A DNA stretch of 64,000 nucleotides from Bacteroidota bacterium (GCA_043765195.1 JAYUJN010000055.1:1041-65040), one strand, 5' to 3'. Positions 37,615 to 48,507 are shown, counted from the first letter of the stretch. The notes: a model not told the origin generated them from the letters alone. Numbers and translations are program-made.

Positions 37615-39620
37615 ATTTCGTCTCGCAGGCGTGCTGCCTCCAAAAAGTCGAGGTTTTTTGCCGCAGTTTCCATCGTTTTTTTGGTTTCTTTCATTAGTTT
37701 CGTCAGTTGGTCGGCGCTCATGTACTGCACTATGGGGTCGGCGGCTATGGCGGTGCTTAGTTCGGGTTCGGTGTAGTATTTCACTTTTACTACCTCTGGC
37801 GTTTTTTCGGCTCTAATGTCCAGCACGGAGGTCTGTGCCAAAATTTCCTCTCGGGTTTTAATAATTCCTCTGGGCGTTATGTTGTGCAGCTCGTTGTACT
37901 CGAGTTGTTTTATGCGCCTGCGGTTGGTTTCGTCTATGGTTTTGCGCATCGACTCCGTAATTTTATTGGCGTACATAATTACCTTTCCGTTTACGTTGCG
38001 TGCCGCCCTACCTGCGGTTTGGGTTAGGCTACGCTCCGAGCGTAAAAAACCCTCTTTGTCCGCATCGAGTATGGCTACCAGCGAAACTTCGGGCAAATCC
38101 AAGCCCTCACGCAGCAGGTTTACGCCTATCAGCACATCAAACTCGCCGAGGCGCAAATCCCTAAGAATTTCCACCCGCTCCAGCGTATCCACATCGGAGT
38201 GTATGTAGCGGCATTTAAACCCAAGTTGTATCATGTAGCTGCTCAGTTCCTCCGCCATGCGCTTGGTCAGGGTCGTTACCAAAATCCGCTCTCCCGCCTC
38301 TATGCGCAGGTTCGCCTCGTGCAGCAGGTCATCTACTTGCGTGGCTACGGGGCGCACTTCTATGGGCGGGTCCAGCAAACCCGTGGGGCGTATCACTTGC
38401 TCCACCACAATGCCCTCGGCTTTTTGTAGCTCGTAGTCGGCGGGCGTGGCGCTCACATAAACGGCTTGTTTTACCAGGTCTTCAAACTCATGAAACATCA
38501 GCGGACGGTTGTCCATCGCCGACGGCAGTCGGAAACCGTTTTTTATCAACGCTATTTTTCGGGAGCGGTCGCCCCCATACATCGCCCGTATTTGCGGCAC
38601 CGATACGTGGCTTTCGTCCACCACAAGCAAAAAATCGTCGGGGAAATAATCCAGCAAACAATAGGGGCGAGTGCCTTCTTTGCGCCCGTCCAAATACCGA
38701 GAATAATTCTCTATCCCCGAGCAATAACCCAGCTCACGCATCATTTCTATGTCAAAATTCACACGCTGCTCCAGCCGCTGGCTTTCCACTATCATCGTTT
38801 CTTGGTTAAAATAAGCCGTTTGCTTACCCAAGTCGTCTTGTATGTTGATAATGGCATTGTTCAGCGTATCTTGGCTGGTAACGTACATATTGGCAGGAAA
38901 AATGGCTATGTGGCTGTGCCTATCATACACCTTGCCCGAAATGGGGTCTATCGTTTCCAGGCTTTCTACCTCATTGCCAAAAAAAACAATGCGGTAGCCA
39001 TAGTCGGCATACGCCAAAAAAACATCTACCGTATCGCCATTTACCCGAAAACTACCCCTCGTAAACTCCGTGGTGGTGCGGGAGTACAAATTGTCCACCA
39101 ATCCGTACAAAAAAGCCTGCCTGCCCATGTTGTCGCCCACTTTTATGCGCAGTATTTTGTCGGAGTATTCGGCTGGGTTGCCCATGCCATATATACACGA
39201 AACCGATGCCACCACTATCACATCTCGCCGCCCGCTCATGAGGCTCATGGTGGTGCGCAGCCGCAGTTTTTCTATTTCGGCGTTTATAGCCATTTCTTTT
39301 TCTATAAATGTACCCGTGCTTTCTATAAATGCCTCGGGCTGGTAATAGTCGTAGTAGCTCACAAAATACTCCACGGCGCTCTCTGGAAAAAACTGCTTAA
39401 ACTCGCCATAAAGCTGCGAAACCAGCGTTTTGTTGTGCGTGAGTACCAGCACGGGTTTTTGCACCTGCTCTATCACGTTCGACATCGTAAATGTTTTTCC
39501 GCTGCCCGTTACGCCCAGCAGCACCTGGTTTTTTTCGCCATTTTGTATGCCCGCCACCAGCTCCGCTATGGCAGTAGGCTGGTCGCCAGTGGGTACAAAC
39601 TCACTCCTAAGTTTAAACAT
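37578..39620 (-). CDS. uvrB: Excinuclease ABC subunit B
   Basis: PTGDQP, GVTGSGKT, YFVSYYDYYQPEA, DESH, QTAGRAARN, C-terminal UVR domain. Confidence 0.98.
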   Translation of the reverse strand: MFKLRSEFVPTGDQPTAIAELVAGIQNGEKNQVLLGVTGSGKTFTMSNVIEQVQKPVLVLTHNKTLVSQLYGEFKQFFPESAVEYFVSYYDYYQPEAFIESTGTFIEKEMAINAEIEKLRLRTTMSLMSGRRDVIVVASVSCIYGMGNPAEYSDKILRIKVGDNMGRQAFLYGLVDNLYSRTTTEFTRGSFRVNGDTVDVFLAYADYGYRIVFFGNEVESLETIDPISGKVYDRHSHIAIFPANMYVTSQDTLNNAIINIQDDLGKQTAYFNQETMIVESQRLEQRVNFDIEMMRELGYCSGIENYSRYLDGRKEGTRPYCLLDYFPDDFLLVVDESHVSVPQIRAMYGGDRSRKIALIKNGFRLPSAMDNRPLMFHEFEDLVKQAVYVSATPADYELQKAEGIVVEQVIRPTGLLDPPIEVRPVATQVDDLLHEANLRIEAGERILVTTLTKRMAEELSSYMIQLGFKCRYIHSDVDTLERVEILRDLRLGEFDVLIGVNLLREGLDLPEVSLVAILDADKEGFLRSERSLTQTAGRAARNVNGKVIMYANKITESMRKTIDETNRRRIKQLEYNELHNITPRGIIKTREEILAQTSVLDIRAEKTPEVVKVKYYTEPELSTAIAADPIVQYMSADQLTKLMKETKKTMETAAKNLDFLEAARLRDEMYELQKMIAVKR

Positions 39621-40053
39621 TGCGCAATTTTTTTATGGTTTACCAACCCTTTAAAACACCAATATTTTATTTTTAGTTTAATTCGCTGTCATTATTTTCA
39701 TGGTAATGTTTTTGAAAAACAACTAAAATTAGGCGCAAGTTCGCAAAACAGCTCAAAACGCATAAATTGAAAAAATGGCTATTTTGGGTGTTAATTTAGT
39801 TCAAAGTAGAAGTTATTTATAGTTAAATCGTTGATTTTTAAAAAAATTAATTATTTTTATATTCTTTTAACTATTTAAAAGTGAGATAGATACAAATTAA
39901 ATTTTTTTCATTTCGTTTAATGCGTTCATTTTGTCGATGAATTTATTTTGTAGTCTCAGAAAAAAGCGCGAAACTTGTTGTACGAAATACACAAAATTTG
40001 TGTTTTTTGTACAAAAACTAAATATTTACAATCTTTATTTAACCAATTCTCAG

Positions 40054-43035
40054 ATGATGAAAAACGTACACAATTTACGCAGAGCCATTTATTTGGTGGC
40101 TGTGCTTGCTGGCTGTTGTGGCTGGCAAAACGCATTTGCGCAAGGCACGCCGCCGCTCTTTGGTGGTCGCACGCCAACTTCCCACTCGAATTTCTTTTTT
40201 ATTCGTGGTCAATACAATGGCTTTACTGGCGATGACTATTCATTTGTAGGTTCTACCTGCGATGGTGGCGTATCGGGTGTAACCATTTTAGCCACTGCGG
40301 CAGCGAATGGCAACCAATTTTTGATACACAACGACAACAACAAAAACAACGGATTTGGCAACAAATGGGGTGCTGCAAACGTGCCTTTTGGCGTACCTGC
40401 CAATGCAGCCCATCAGTTCGGACCAAACTCCAACATGGCGAGTGCTTTTGTAGCTGGTAGCTATTACAGCTTCCGTGCTACTTACAAAGCGTTTACAGGC
40501 AATAGAATAGCTGTACACAGTACTACTTTTAAACCTACGCAGTTTACGCACGTATCAGCCATAGACGGCAAGGTGGTAGGCTGCTTAGACAAAGCACCAG
40601 CCGCAGTTGAGTATTTGTATTTGCGCTATTCTACCAATGGTGGAACGTCATACACTACTGTGCCTATCGTGCCAGCAGGCGTAGCAGGCACCACAGGTGC
40701 CGATGCACGTTGTTTTACCATTACGGTTCCAGCTGTAAGCTACACTTTTTATGTAATGAACTCTACCTTAGCCACCGTAGCAGCCGTAAACGCTGCCCCA
40801 GCCGCCGATGTAGATTTATACTCATTAAACGACTACGGAACTGATGTAAATGGTTCTGGTGTTACTGGGGGTAATGCAAATGCAGATTGTAACAAACTAT
40901 CTAACTTTCGTACACGCACCAACATAAAAGCAGTATGCGTACCAGAAGGTGGCTACGACGTAACCCTTACCGACAATGCAACGATAGACGGTTGTAAATA
41001 TCAGTTGGCTAAAGAATCTGACTTTGCTACACCCCTAAACGACCCAACCGCAAGTACTACGCAGTCGGATTTTACGGGCGAATCTTCGGCATTTACTTAT
41101 TATACTGATGCAGCATTTGCTTACGGCGACAATGCAAACCGTACCAACTGGAACAATCCTACAAGCACGCAAGCCGACATCAAAAACCTTTCTGTTTCTT
41201 GGGACAATACCTACCTTTATTTATTAACCGAAGGCAACACCAACTGGAACAACGCTGGTGCCAATGGCGATATAATGGACTTGTTTATACTCATAGATAC
41301 CGACAACGACAAAGCAGCCACGGCTTATACCACGGGTACGAATGTAGCCAATACATCTTTGCCTTACAACAAGCGTGTGGACTGTAATGGTTGGAGACCA
41401 AACTATGTGGTAGCCATAGAAAAAGACGATGTAGGCGGCGGTGATTACGCCTCGCTACACAGCGTGGGTGCAGGCGCACCTGTGCTAAAAGACGATACGG
41501 ACGATACCGCCGAACGTGCCTGCGATTTTGACTACCGTCAGGTAGATGCTAAAATAGAGGTACGTGTGCCTTGGAGTGCCATCGGTGGCGCACCCAGTGC
41601 CATAAACGGACAAACCATGAACTTTGCGATGTACACCACCTACGATGCCGACGGCTACGATACCTACGACTCGGCACCAGGTTTGGGGCAGGGACACGGC
41701 AAGCCGTTTGAGCAAATAGGCGACACACCTTGGGACGGCGACCACTGGGGCGGACACGTGGACCCAGTAACGGGTACAAACGATGCCACAAGTACAGCAC
41801 AATATGGCGAGTCGTACAACGCCGACCCTTTTGATGCAGTAACCAACGACCAAGGACCAGGCGACAACCAATCTAACAGCCAAAACGGTCGCCAACCTAG
41901 CTCGGACAGAACTGCCCTAAATGGCACAGATGCAGCCGACTTTGATACCATAGAAGAATATTGGAGCATAAAAAATGTGGGACAAATAAGCTCGGAGGTA
42001 GCCTGTGTTACCTTGCCTGATGGCGGTGCCGCCGTAACTATAGCTTGTACAGCACCATTGCCTTCACAAAAAGTAGGCACTGCTCTTTTGGCTGGCTCTG
42101 GTTGTTTGGTGGACGACAATCCTTATACCGCAGCCTATGACCCTTATGCTACGGCAGCGCAAACTTTGGCTTTTAGAACACAATTAAATGCCACAGCATT
42201 TGTAACTGCTGGTGGTGCTATATCTTACACAAGCGGTGGCGGTTTGTGCAAAGAGCAAGTAATCATTACGGCTGCTGATGTAGAAACTGGTCGTACTTTT
42301 AGTGCAGTTGGTTGCTCTGCTTGTGCTGGATTAAAAGAAATAGTAACTCGTACTTATACCCTTACCCACGTAGATAAAATAGTTACCAACGTACCTTGCT
42401 CGCCAGTAACCAAAGCAAATAAAGTTACTACTTGCGTGCAAACATTTACACGTACTCCTGACGGTGCCAACTGTGCTTTGCCTGTAAACTTGTTGTTTTT
42501 TGATGCAGACCTAAAAGGCAATGATGTATTGCTTACTTGGACTACTTCAAGCGAGCAAAACGCCGATAAATTTAACGTACAACGCAGCATAGATGGCGAT
42601 AATTTTGAGACCATAGGCAGCGTGAAAGCCGCAGGAAACAGCAACATACGCAAAAACTACAACTTTACCGATGCCAACATCAACCAAAACATGGGTAGGA
42701 TTTATTACAGAATCCAAAGCGTGGACTTGGACGGTAGAAGCAAAGTTTGGGACATTCGCACCGTGAAACTACGTGCCGACGTTTACACCCTAAACATAGT
42801 GCCTAACCCTGCACAAGATGTGGTAAGAATTAGCGTAGCAGCGTTGGTAAGTGCCAACACGCAGCTAAACATATACAACATCATGGGGCAATCGGTGTAT
42901 AGCCAAAACTTTACGCCTGCTGCCAACACACCGAATAACTTTGAAGTGGATTTGAGCGCATACAGCAAAGGCATATACCAAGTTGTGGTTAGGTCTGGTA
43001 GCAACATCGCTTCTCAAAAACTGATAGTGAAGTAA
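40054..43035 (+). CDS. T9SS-secreted protein with a DOMON/CBM9-like central domain
   Basis: Signal peptide; DIKNLSVSWDNTYLY...ILIDTD...IEVRVPWSAIG; LPVNLLFF...WTTSSEQN...YYRI Ig domain; CTD IVPNP...KGIYQV...QKLIVK. Confidence 0.8.
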   Translation: MMKNVHNLRRAIYLVAVLAGCCGWQNAFAQGTPPLFGGRTPTSHSNFFFIRGQYNGFTGDDYSFVGSTCDGGVSGVTILATAAANGNQFLIHNDNNKNNGFGNKWGAANVPFGVPANAAHQFGPNSNMASAFVAGSYYSFRATYKAFTGNRIAVHSTTFKPTQFTHVSAIDGKVVGCLDKAPAAVEYLYLRYSTNGGTSYTTVPIVPAGVAGTTGADARCFTITVPAVSYTFYVMNSTLATVAAVNAAPAADVDLYSLNDYGTDVNGSGVTGGNANADCNKLSNFRTRTNIKAVCVPEGGYDVTLTDNATIDGCKYQLAKESDFATPLNDPTASTTQSDFTGESSAFTYYTDAAFAYGDNANRTNWNNPTSTQADIKNLSVSWDNTYLYLLTEGNTNWNNAGANGDIMDLFILIDTDNDKAATAYTTGTNVANTSLPYNKRVDCNGWRPNYVVAIEKDDVGGGDYASLHSVGAGAPVLKDDTDDTAERACDFDYRQVDAKIEVRVPWSAIGGAPSAINGQTMNFAMYTTYDADGYDTYDSAPGLGQGHGKPFEQIGDTPWDGDHWGGHVDPVTGTNDATSTAQYGESYNADPFDAVTNDQGPGDNQSNSQNGRQPSSDRTALNGTDAADFDTIEEYWSIKNVGQISSEVACVTLPDGGAAVTIACTAPLPSQKVGTALLAGSGCLVDDNPYTAAYDPYATAAQTLAFRTQLNATAFVTAGGAISYTSGGGLCKEQVIITAADVETGRTFSAVGCSACAGLKEIVTRTYTLTHVDKIVTNVPCSPVTKANKVTTCVQTFTRTPDGANCALPVNLLFFDADLKGNDVLLTWTTSSEQNADKFNVQRSIDGDNFETIGSVKAAGNSNIRKNYNFTDANINQNMGRIYYRIQSVDLDGRSKVWDIRTVKLRADVYTLNIVPNPAQDVVRISVAALVSANTQLNIYNIMGQSVYSQNFTPAANTPNNFEVDLSAYSKGIYQVVVRSGSNIASQKLIVK

Positions 43036-43056
43036 TTAACGCTAAGTTATAGTTAT

Positions 43057-43096
43057 ACTAAAAAATCCCCCAGCTTTCGCTGGGGGATTTTTTAGT
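43057..43096 (+). terminator. Intrinsic terminator
   Basis: ACTAAAAAATCCCCCAGC-TTTC-GCTGGGGGATTTTTTAGT perfect stem. Confidence 0.88.
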
Positions 43097-43143
43097 TTCC
43101 GTATGTATTCAGGCTTTGGGTTGTTTTGCATCAATGTATTTTC

Positions 43144-43342
43144 AATCCCGCAGGGATTTAATGTTTGTAGAACTGATGAACCAGTTTTGGGGTTCGACTC
43201 CTTCGGAGTCGGATTTGCCTACCACGTATTTTTTCTACAAACGTTTGATGCCTACGGCATCTTGCGTGTATTTGAAATTCTGTACTGTATAAGTTTGTAT
43301 AAAAACAATGAGCCAATGTACCTAAAATCCCTAACAGGATTG
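43144..43342. repeat. Multi-hairpin REP/MITE-like element
   Basis: Hairpins AATCCC-GCA-GGGATT, CGACTCC-TTC-GGAGTCG and GATGCC-TAC-GGCATC, with inverted arms TGTTTGTAGAA / TTCTACAAACG. Confidence 0.65.
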
Positions 43343-43392
43343 TGAATACACTGGCTCGTATAGTTATCTGCTTTCGTTTGCCTACGCCAATT

Positions 43393-44397
43393 CTATTTTT
43401 GTAGCTGCATTTTTATCATCAGCGGAAAATGGTCGCTGTATCCGCCTATGTATTTCGGACCTACGTAGGTGCGCTTGGGCGAGCCAGCGTAGCGCTCTTC
43501 GCTTTCTTGCATAAAACTTGGCTTGTAAACCACCGCAGATTGCGGTATGTACTGTACTTTTGCCTCTGGGTTCAGAGTATTGGTACTTACTATAATTTGG
43601 TCCAACATATCCCATTTCCCCTTGTATTTAAAAGTGCCTTCGCCCGAGCGGTGCATTCTATAAAACGGATTGTAGAGCTGGTGTTTGTGGTCGTTGTTGC
43701 CCCATGCGCCTATGGTTCGGCTAATGCTCGAGTCGCTTGGCGTATCGTTAAAGTCGCCCATCACAAAAATATACTCGTTTGGGTTGTTTTTGGCTATGGC
43801 ATCACGCACAGTGCGCACCACTTGGGCGGCGGCTATGCGCTTGGGTTCGCTTTCTTGCGTGCCTTCTCGCCGTGATGGAAAATGCACGATGATAAAGCTG
43901 ACTTTGGCATCGTTTTTTAACTTGCCTTGCACCAGCAGCACGTCTCTGGTTTTGTCGCCATCGGGTAGCGGCACGGTGTAAGCAGTTTGTTTGGTGGGGG
44001 TAAACACACTTTTTTTATAAAGCATAGCTACATCTATGCCCCGCTCGTCGGGCGATTCGCTGTGTACAATGCCATAATTCATGTCTTTAATGGATTTGCG
44101 GGTTACTAAATCCTCTAAAACCTTCTTGTTTTCTACTTCACAAACGCTCAAAATATCGATGCCAGCACCATTTTCGAACGATGCTATTACCTCCGCCATG
44201 TTTTTTAGTTTGGTTTCGTAGCGTTCTTTTGTCCATTGGTTGGCACCCGTGGGCAAAAAATCGGCATCATTTATTTTGGGGTCGTCCACGATGTCAAACA
44301 GGTTTTCGAGGTTGTACTGACCCACGGTTACCACTTGGGCATTGGAGTTTGCGGCATATACTATAAATAGCAAACCGACATAAATTTTTTTAATCAT
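43393..44397 (-). CDS. Secreted endonuclease/exonuclease/phosphatase family protein
   Basis: YNLENLFD, CEVEN, DERGIDV, HFPSR, MGDFND, GYSDHFP; signal peptide from ATG 44397. Confidence 0.92.
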   Translation of the reverse strand: MIKKIYVGLLFIVYAANSNAQVVTVGQYNLENLFDIVDDPKINDADFLPTGANQWTKERYETKLKNMAEVIASFENGAGIDILSVCEVENKKVLEDLVTRKSIKDMNYGIVHSESPDERGIDVAMLYKKSVFTPTKQTAYTVPLPDGDKTRDVLLVQGKLKNDAKVSFIIVHFPSRREGTQESEPKRIAAAQVVRTVRDAIAKNNPNEYIFVMGDFNDTPSDSSISRTIGAWGNNDHKHQLYNPFYRMHRSGEGTFKYKGKWDMLDQIIVSTNTLNPEAKVQYIPQSAVVYKPSFMQESEERYAGSPKRTYVGPKYIGGYSDHFPLMIKMQLQK

Positions 44398-44525
44398 TTT
44401 TATTTTATTTTGGGGCAAAGATACGCAAATAAGCAAGTTATTTGTATTGTTTTGGGCAAAAACGATGCCAACACCCCCAAGTTTTAATTATTTGGTAATT
44501 TATAACCAATTGTTGAAACGCCGTT

Positions 44526-44563
44526 AAAAAAAAGCGGCTGCCTCATTTTGAGGCAGCCGCTTT
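44526..44563 (-). terminator. Intrinsic terminator
   Basis: AAAGCGGCTGCCTCA-TTT-TGAGGCAGCCGCTTT, with an A-run on the left. Confidence 0.85.
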
Positions 44564-44577
44564 ACTAAGTTCAAAAC

Positions 44578-46722
44578 TTAAATCTTCACAAATTTCCCCC
44601 TTTGCTTTTGGTTGTTGCTCCTAAGCTCGTACATATACACGCCTTGCGCCAAGCGTGTGGCATCAAACCTGTATTTGCCGTCGTTTTGGGTGGTTTCGTG
44701 TACCACTTTGCCGCTCATATCCATCACCAAAATTTGGGTGTTTGTGCCGCCCACAAACTGAAAATCCAAATAATCTTGCACTGGATTGGGGTAAACCATG
44801 GCTATATTTGGCTGTAAGTTTTGCGTACCCACCGCAATTACGGCGGTACACACCGAGTCGTTGGATAGCGTGGGGTCGGCTGGGTAGTTTACTTTTACGC
44901 ACAGGTTGCCGCTGCGAGCCACCAAGGGCGTGCTAAACGTAAAGTCGGTGCTATCGCCAGTAGCCAAGGCTGCGCCAATGTAGCTTTCGGTAATTCTGGC
45001 ACCGCCCGTAATTTGGTAGCTTACGCTAAACGGTTGGGTGGTAGTGCCGTTGGCTAAGTTGCGCAGGCGCACTTTTACTATCGAGGCTTGGTTTATTGTG
45101 CCTGGGCTGGGGCTTAGTATTTGCGATGCGCTTAGGTCGGGTGCGGCTATTCTTTGTATGTTCAAGCCCACCAAAAAATCCTCCAATGATTTATCTCTGT
45201 ATTCGCCCCATATTCCGTTTAGGTTTTCAAATGTGCGGTTGGATATGGGTTGTGTGTCATCACGGGCTATTTGTATGCCGTCGCCGTCCATGTACCAAAG
45301 CACATATACGCCGCCGCTCGTTACCGTAAACGGCAGCGATACTGGCACGGTGGTATATACGCCCGTGGTAATGCCCAGGGCATCTACAAACACGCTATCG
45401 AGCAGCGTGCCTGGTCCGTTATTTAGTCCGTTGTCGTCGTATATTTTAGCAAAAAAACCAACTTGTGTGGCATTGCTCGTTATGTAATATTGGGTAGAAG
45501 CCACCACCGCTGGGTAAAACGGCGGCTCGAAGTACACGCCCACGCCGCCATTGCCGCCTGCCCATGATAAGCCCACCGCAGTAGGCGTGGCATCGGCATA
45601 GTTTAGGGCTATGGTGGCTTGTGTGGTATCCACCACTATTATTTTTTGTACCAACGTATTGTTGGTCGCTTGCAGGTCGCCAGGCAGGGCATTTGTACCA
45701 AAACCCGTGGTGTTTTTATAAATACCAGGTCCAATGTTGGGCGCAGCGGGGTTAAATGTATTGGTAAATTGCGCAATGTGCGAGTTGTTGGGCAAAAGCG
45801 CAGGCACAGTAGCAGAGCCATTGCTCAACGAAGTAGCGCCAGTAATGCTTTGTATGTTGCTCGTAACCACAAACGAAGGCGTGGGCTGGTTGCCCACATT
45901 GCTTATTTTACTGCTTAGGCTGCGTGGCGCACCGTTGTCGGATACAAACAGCCCGCCGTTTTTTGCATTGTTGTTCCACGAAACGCCAGCATCGAGCACC
46001 TGATAGGTGGTGGTGCGGGGCGCATAGTATTTTACGCTATAATTCACGGGCGGATATATGTTTATCGACTGTTGCAAGCCCACAATGCCACCCACGTTTT
46101 CTATGCCCATGCTTATTTGCGATGCCCTACCAGCATAAGTAGCGTCCACCGTGCCTGTTTGTAGCTTATAATTGATGGTTATGCTGCTGTCGGCTCTGTT
46201 GAGCACAATCTGAAAGCTGTTTAAGCCGCCGTATTGCTGTGCCGAGGTCGAAATCCAAAACGGCACATCTACAAACGAAATGGTGAGGCTATCGTTGTTT
46301 TGGTACGTATATACTTTGGCTGGGTTGGCGGCGCCGTCGTGTTTTAGGTCGCACATAAAAGGAGCGATGTAGTCGTTTGGTGCAGCACTACCGCCAGGAA
46401 AAACTGGAAATCCGCTTGCGCCCGAGGCTATATTTACATTATTAAAGGCGATGTAACCATTAGAGCCAATCCAAAATTGGTCTCTGGTGTACCAATAAAA
46501 ATTAAAACCAGCACCCATGCCAAATGGACCTACTACATTGTCGTCGCCCAAGCCAGTAATCAATGTGCCTATCGTACTTATGTCGTGCCAGGCGTAGGTC
46601 GGTCCGCCAGGTTCGTTGCTATCCTTCCAAGTGTAGCCATAAGCGTCGGGTCCGCCTTGGCTTGCGTAGCCTACATTTGCCAGTAAGCATGCCAAAATTA
46701 AAGTGGTAAAAAGTTGTTTCAT
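44578..46722 (-). CDS. T9SS-secreted protein (GGPDxYGY N-terminal domain, CARDB-like domains)
   Basis: Signal peptide, GGPDAYGYTWKDSNEPGGP; CTD VYPNPV...QGVYMYEL...KFVKI. Confidence 0.85.
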   Translation of the reverse strand: MKQLFTTLILACLLANVGYASQGGPDAYGYTWKDSNEPGGPTYAWHDISTIGTLITGLGDDNVVGPFGMGAGFNFYWYTRDQFWIGSNGYIAFNNVNIASGASGFPVFPGGSAAPNDYIAPFMCDLKHDGAANPAKVYTYQNNDSLTISFVDVPFWISTSAQQYGGLNSFQIVLNRADSSITINYKLQTGTVDATYAGRASQISMGIENVGGIVGLQQSINIYPPVNYSVKYYAPRTTTYQVLDAGVSWNNNAKNGGLFVSDNGAPRSLSSKISNVGNQPTPSFVVTSNIQSITGATSLSNGSATVPALLPNNSHIAQFTNTFNPAAPNIGPGIYKNTTGFGTNALPGDLQATNNTLVQKIIVVDTTQATIALNYADATPTAVGLSWAGGNGGVGVYFEPPFYPAVVASTQYYITSNATQVGFFAKIYDDNGLNNGPGTLLDSVFVDALGITTGVYTTVPVSLPFTVTSGGVYVLWYMDGDGIQIARDDTQPISNRTFENLNGIWGEYRDKSLEDFLVGLNIQRIAAPDLSASQILSPSPGTINQASIVKVRLRNLANGTTTQPFSVSYQITGGARITESYIGAALATGDSTDFTFSTPLVARSGNLCVKVNYPADPTLSNDSVCTAVIAVGTQNLQPNIAMVYPNPVQDYLDFQFVGGTNTQILVMDMSGKVVHETTQNDGKYRFDATRLAQGVYMYELRSNNQKQRGKFVKI

Positions 46723-46840
46723 CTTTTTGGGGTTTATGTTGAAGATATAAAGGTATTCTTTTTTTTTAAAAAAATGTAATTTATTATGGTTTTACAGCCG
46801 TTTCAACCATTTTTTTTGCCATAAACCATAGCTGTACAGC

Positions 46841-47602
46841 CTATTTAAAGGCTTTTATGAGTAAATTTGGGCTAAAAAGTACATTTTTGGTGCTGCGCCC
46901 CGATGCAAAAACGATGAGTTTGCAAGCCGTTTTTATGTAAAACCAAGCCACCATTCTTAGGCATTCCCTAAAAAAGCCCACGGTTTGTATGTGCGCCGCC
47001 AGCACCTGCACCAGCCTAAAATTACAGTTTGCCATCACTTGCCTTGCCGAGTAGCCGTTTAGTTGGTTTTCGTGGGTAAAGTCGCCAGCGATGAATATGG
47101 ACGAAAAAACTGCATCGGCGTTTGGTGTGCGAAACAAACAAAATCCGTCGGTTTTCAGGGCGTTTCTGATGTTTTGCAGCAGTTCTACCAGCTCATCTTT
47201 TGTAAAATGCTCTATAATATCCATGCCCAAAACCACATCGAAGGTATCGGGGTTTTGCGCCAAAAACTGCAATAGGTCGGCTTGCACCACTTGCTTTACC
47301 CCAAAACTGTGCGCCAAAGCCACTTGGTCGGGTGCTATGTCTATGCCCTGCGTGTTTTGGTAGCCTTTTTGGTTGAGTGCAGCCAGCAGCGAGCCGTTTC
47401 CGCAGCCAATGTCTATGATGCGTAGGTTCGTTTTTTGGGGTATAAGGGGCAGTATTTCTCGGGCGAACTGCTTTTTTTCCTGCTCAAACTTTTGGGCGAG
47501 GTTGCTTACATCTCGGGTGGCTTGGGTGCTGGCGTATTGGCTATAAAATATGCTGCGGTATTTCAAAATATGTTTTTGGTTAAATGAGCGTTTCAAAATC
47601 AA
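46841..47602 (-). CDS. Class I SAM-dependent methyltransferase
   Basis: IIDIGCGNG, GIDI, FDVV...DIIEHF, RTPN, DFTH; start uncertain. Confidence 0.88.
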   Translation of the reverse strand: MILKRSFNQKHILKYRSIFYSQYASTQATRDVSNLAQKFEQEKKQFAREILPLIPQKTNLRIIDIGCGNGSLLAALNQKGYQNTQGIDIAPDQVALAHSFGVKQVVQADLLQFLAQNPDTFDVVLGMDIIEHFTKDELVELLQNIRNALKTDGFCLFRTPNADAVFSSIFIAGDFTHENQLNGYSARQVMANCNFRLVQVLAAHIQTVGFFRECLRMVAWFYIKTACKLIVFASGRSTKNVLFSPNLLIKAFK

Positions 47603-48503
47603 TTTTATCGGGCAATAAGCCCACGGTTTCTAATTTGAGCTTTGCCATTTTGCTTCCAATTGCGGCGCAATGCACAAGCTCGTATTTTTTTAGGTGGGCT
47701 GTCAGAAAAGCCGCCCAGTATGCGTCGCCTGCGCCTGTGGCATCGCCTATTGTGCCAAGCTCTTGCGCTTGGGCGTGTATGGGTTCGGGCTGGCTTTTGC
47801 TGGCTACCCAGCTACCCAGTTTGCCCTTGGTGTAGCACACTATGTTCGCACCTTTTTTCAAAAAATAATCAATTACCCGCTCGGGTGCGGCATCTTTTAC
47901 GTTAAAAAGCCTGTAAAAGTCGTCTTGGCTCACTTTTACAAAAGCCCCGTTGCCACAAATTTCGTTTATAATAAGGTGCGCATCGCCCGTGTTGCTCCAT
48001 ATCTCGGGGGCGTAGTTTAGGTCTATGCTGGTGGCTACGCCGAGCTTGTGCGCTTCTTCAAAGGCATTCACAATCGTACTTTTGGCGGGTTCTATGCTTA
48101 GAGCAAAGCACGTAGTGTGCAAAATTTGGGTTTGCTTTATCACTTCTGTCGGAATGTGTTTGGGCAATATGTACGCATCGGCTTGCCTGTAAGCTATAAA
48201 GTCGGGCGTGCCTTCGGTGCGAGACACCAGTACGATGCTGCTGGGCAAGTGGTTTATTTTTTGTATAAATTGGGTGTGTACGCCCGTGTCGGCTACTTTT
48301 TTTATGAGGTATTTGCCCAAGTTTTCGTTGCCTACGCAGCTTACGATGGCTGTTTTTGCGCCGAGCCTTGCCATGTTGGCGGCGAGGTTGCTGGGCGAGC
48401 CGCCTTGGTAGCGCACGTATTTTTGGCTAAATTCTAAGTTTTGGTTTAGCTCCGTACCTATAAAATCGGCGAGCAATTCGCCTATGGCTATCATGTCGAA
48501 CAT
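47580..48503 (-). CDS. PfkB family carbohydrate kinase (fructokinase-like)
   Basis: IGELLADF, GGSPSN, DLNY, DATGAGDAY. Confidence 0.9.
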   Translation of the reverse strand: MFDMIAIGELLADFIGTELNQNLEFSQKYVRYQGGSPSNLAANMARLGAKTAIVSCVGNENLGKYLIKKVADTGVHTQFIQKINHLPSSIVLVSRTEGTPDFIAYRQADAYILPKHIPTEVIKQTQILHTTCFALSIEPAKSTIVNAFEEAHKLGVATSIDLNYAPEIWSNTGDAHLIINEICGNGAFVKVSQDDFYRLFNVKDAAPERVIDYFLKKGANIVCYTKGKLGSWVASKSQPEPIHAQAQELGTIGDATGAGDAYWAAFLTAHLKKYELVHCAAIGSKMAKLKLETVGLLPDKIDFETLI

Positions 48504-48507
48504 TGTA

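Noticed and set aside
38466-39770. 434-aa ORF antisense to uvrB
   Set aside because: No recognisable motifs; a typical antisense shadow of a conserved gene.
43190-43212. GGTTCGACTCC resembling a tRNA T-loop
   Set aside because: No acceptor stem, D arm or anticodon arm; it is part of the three-hairpin element.
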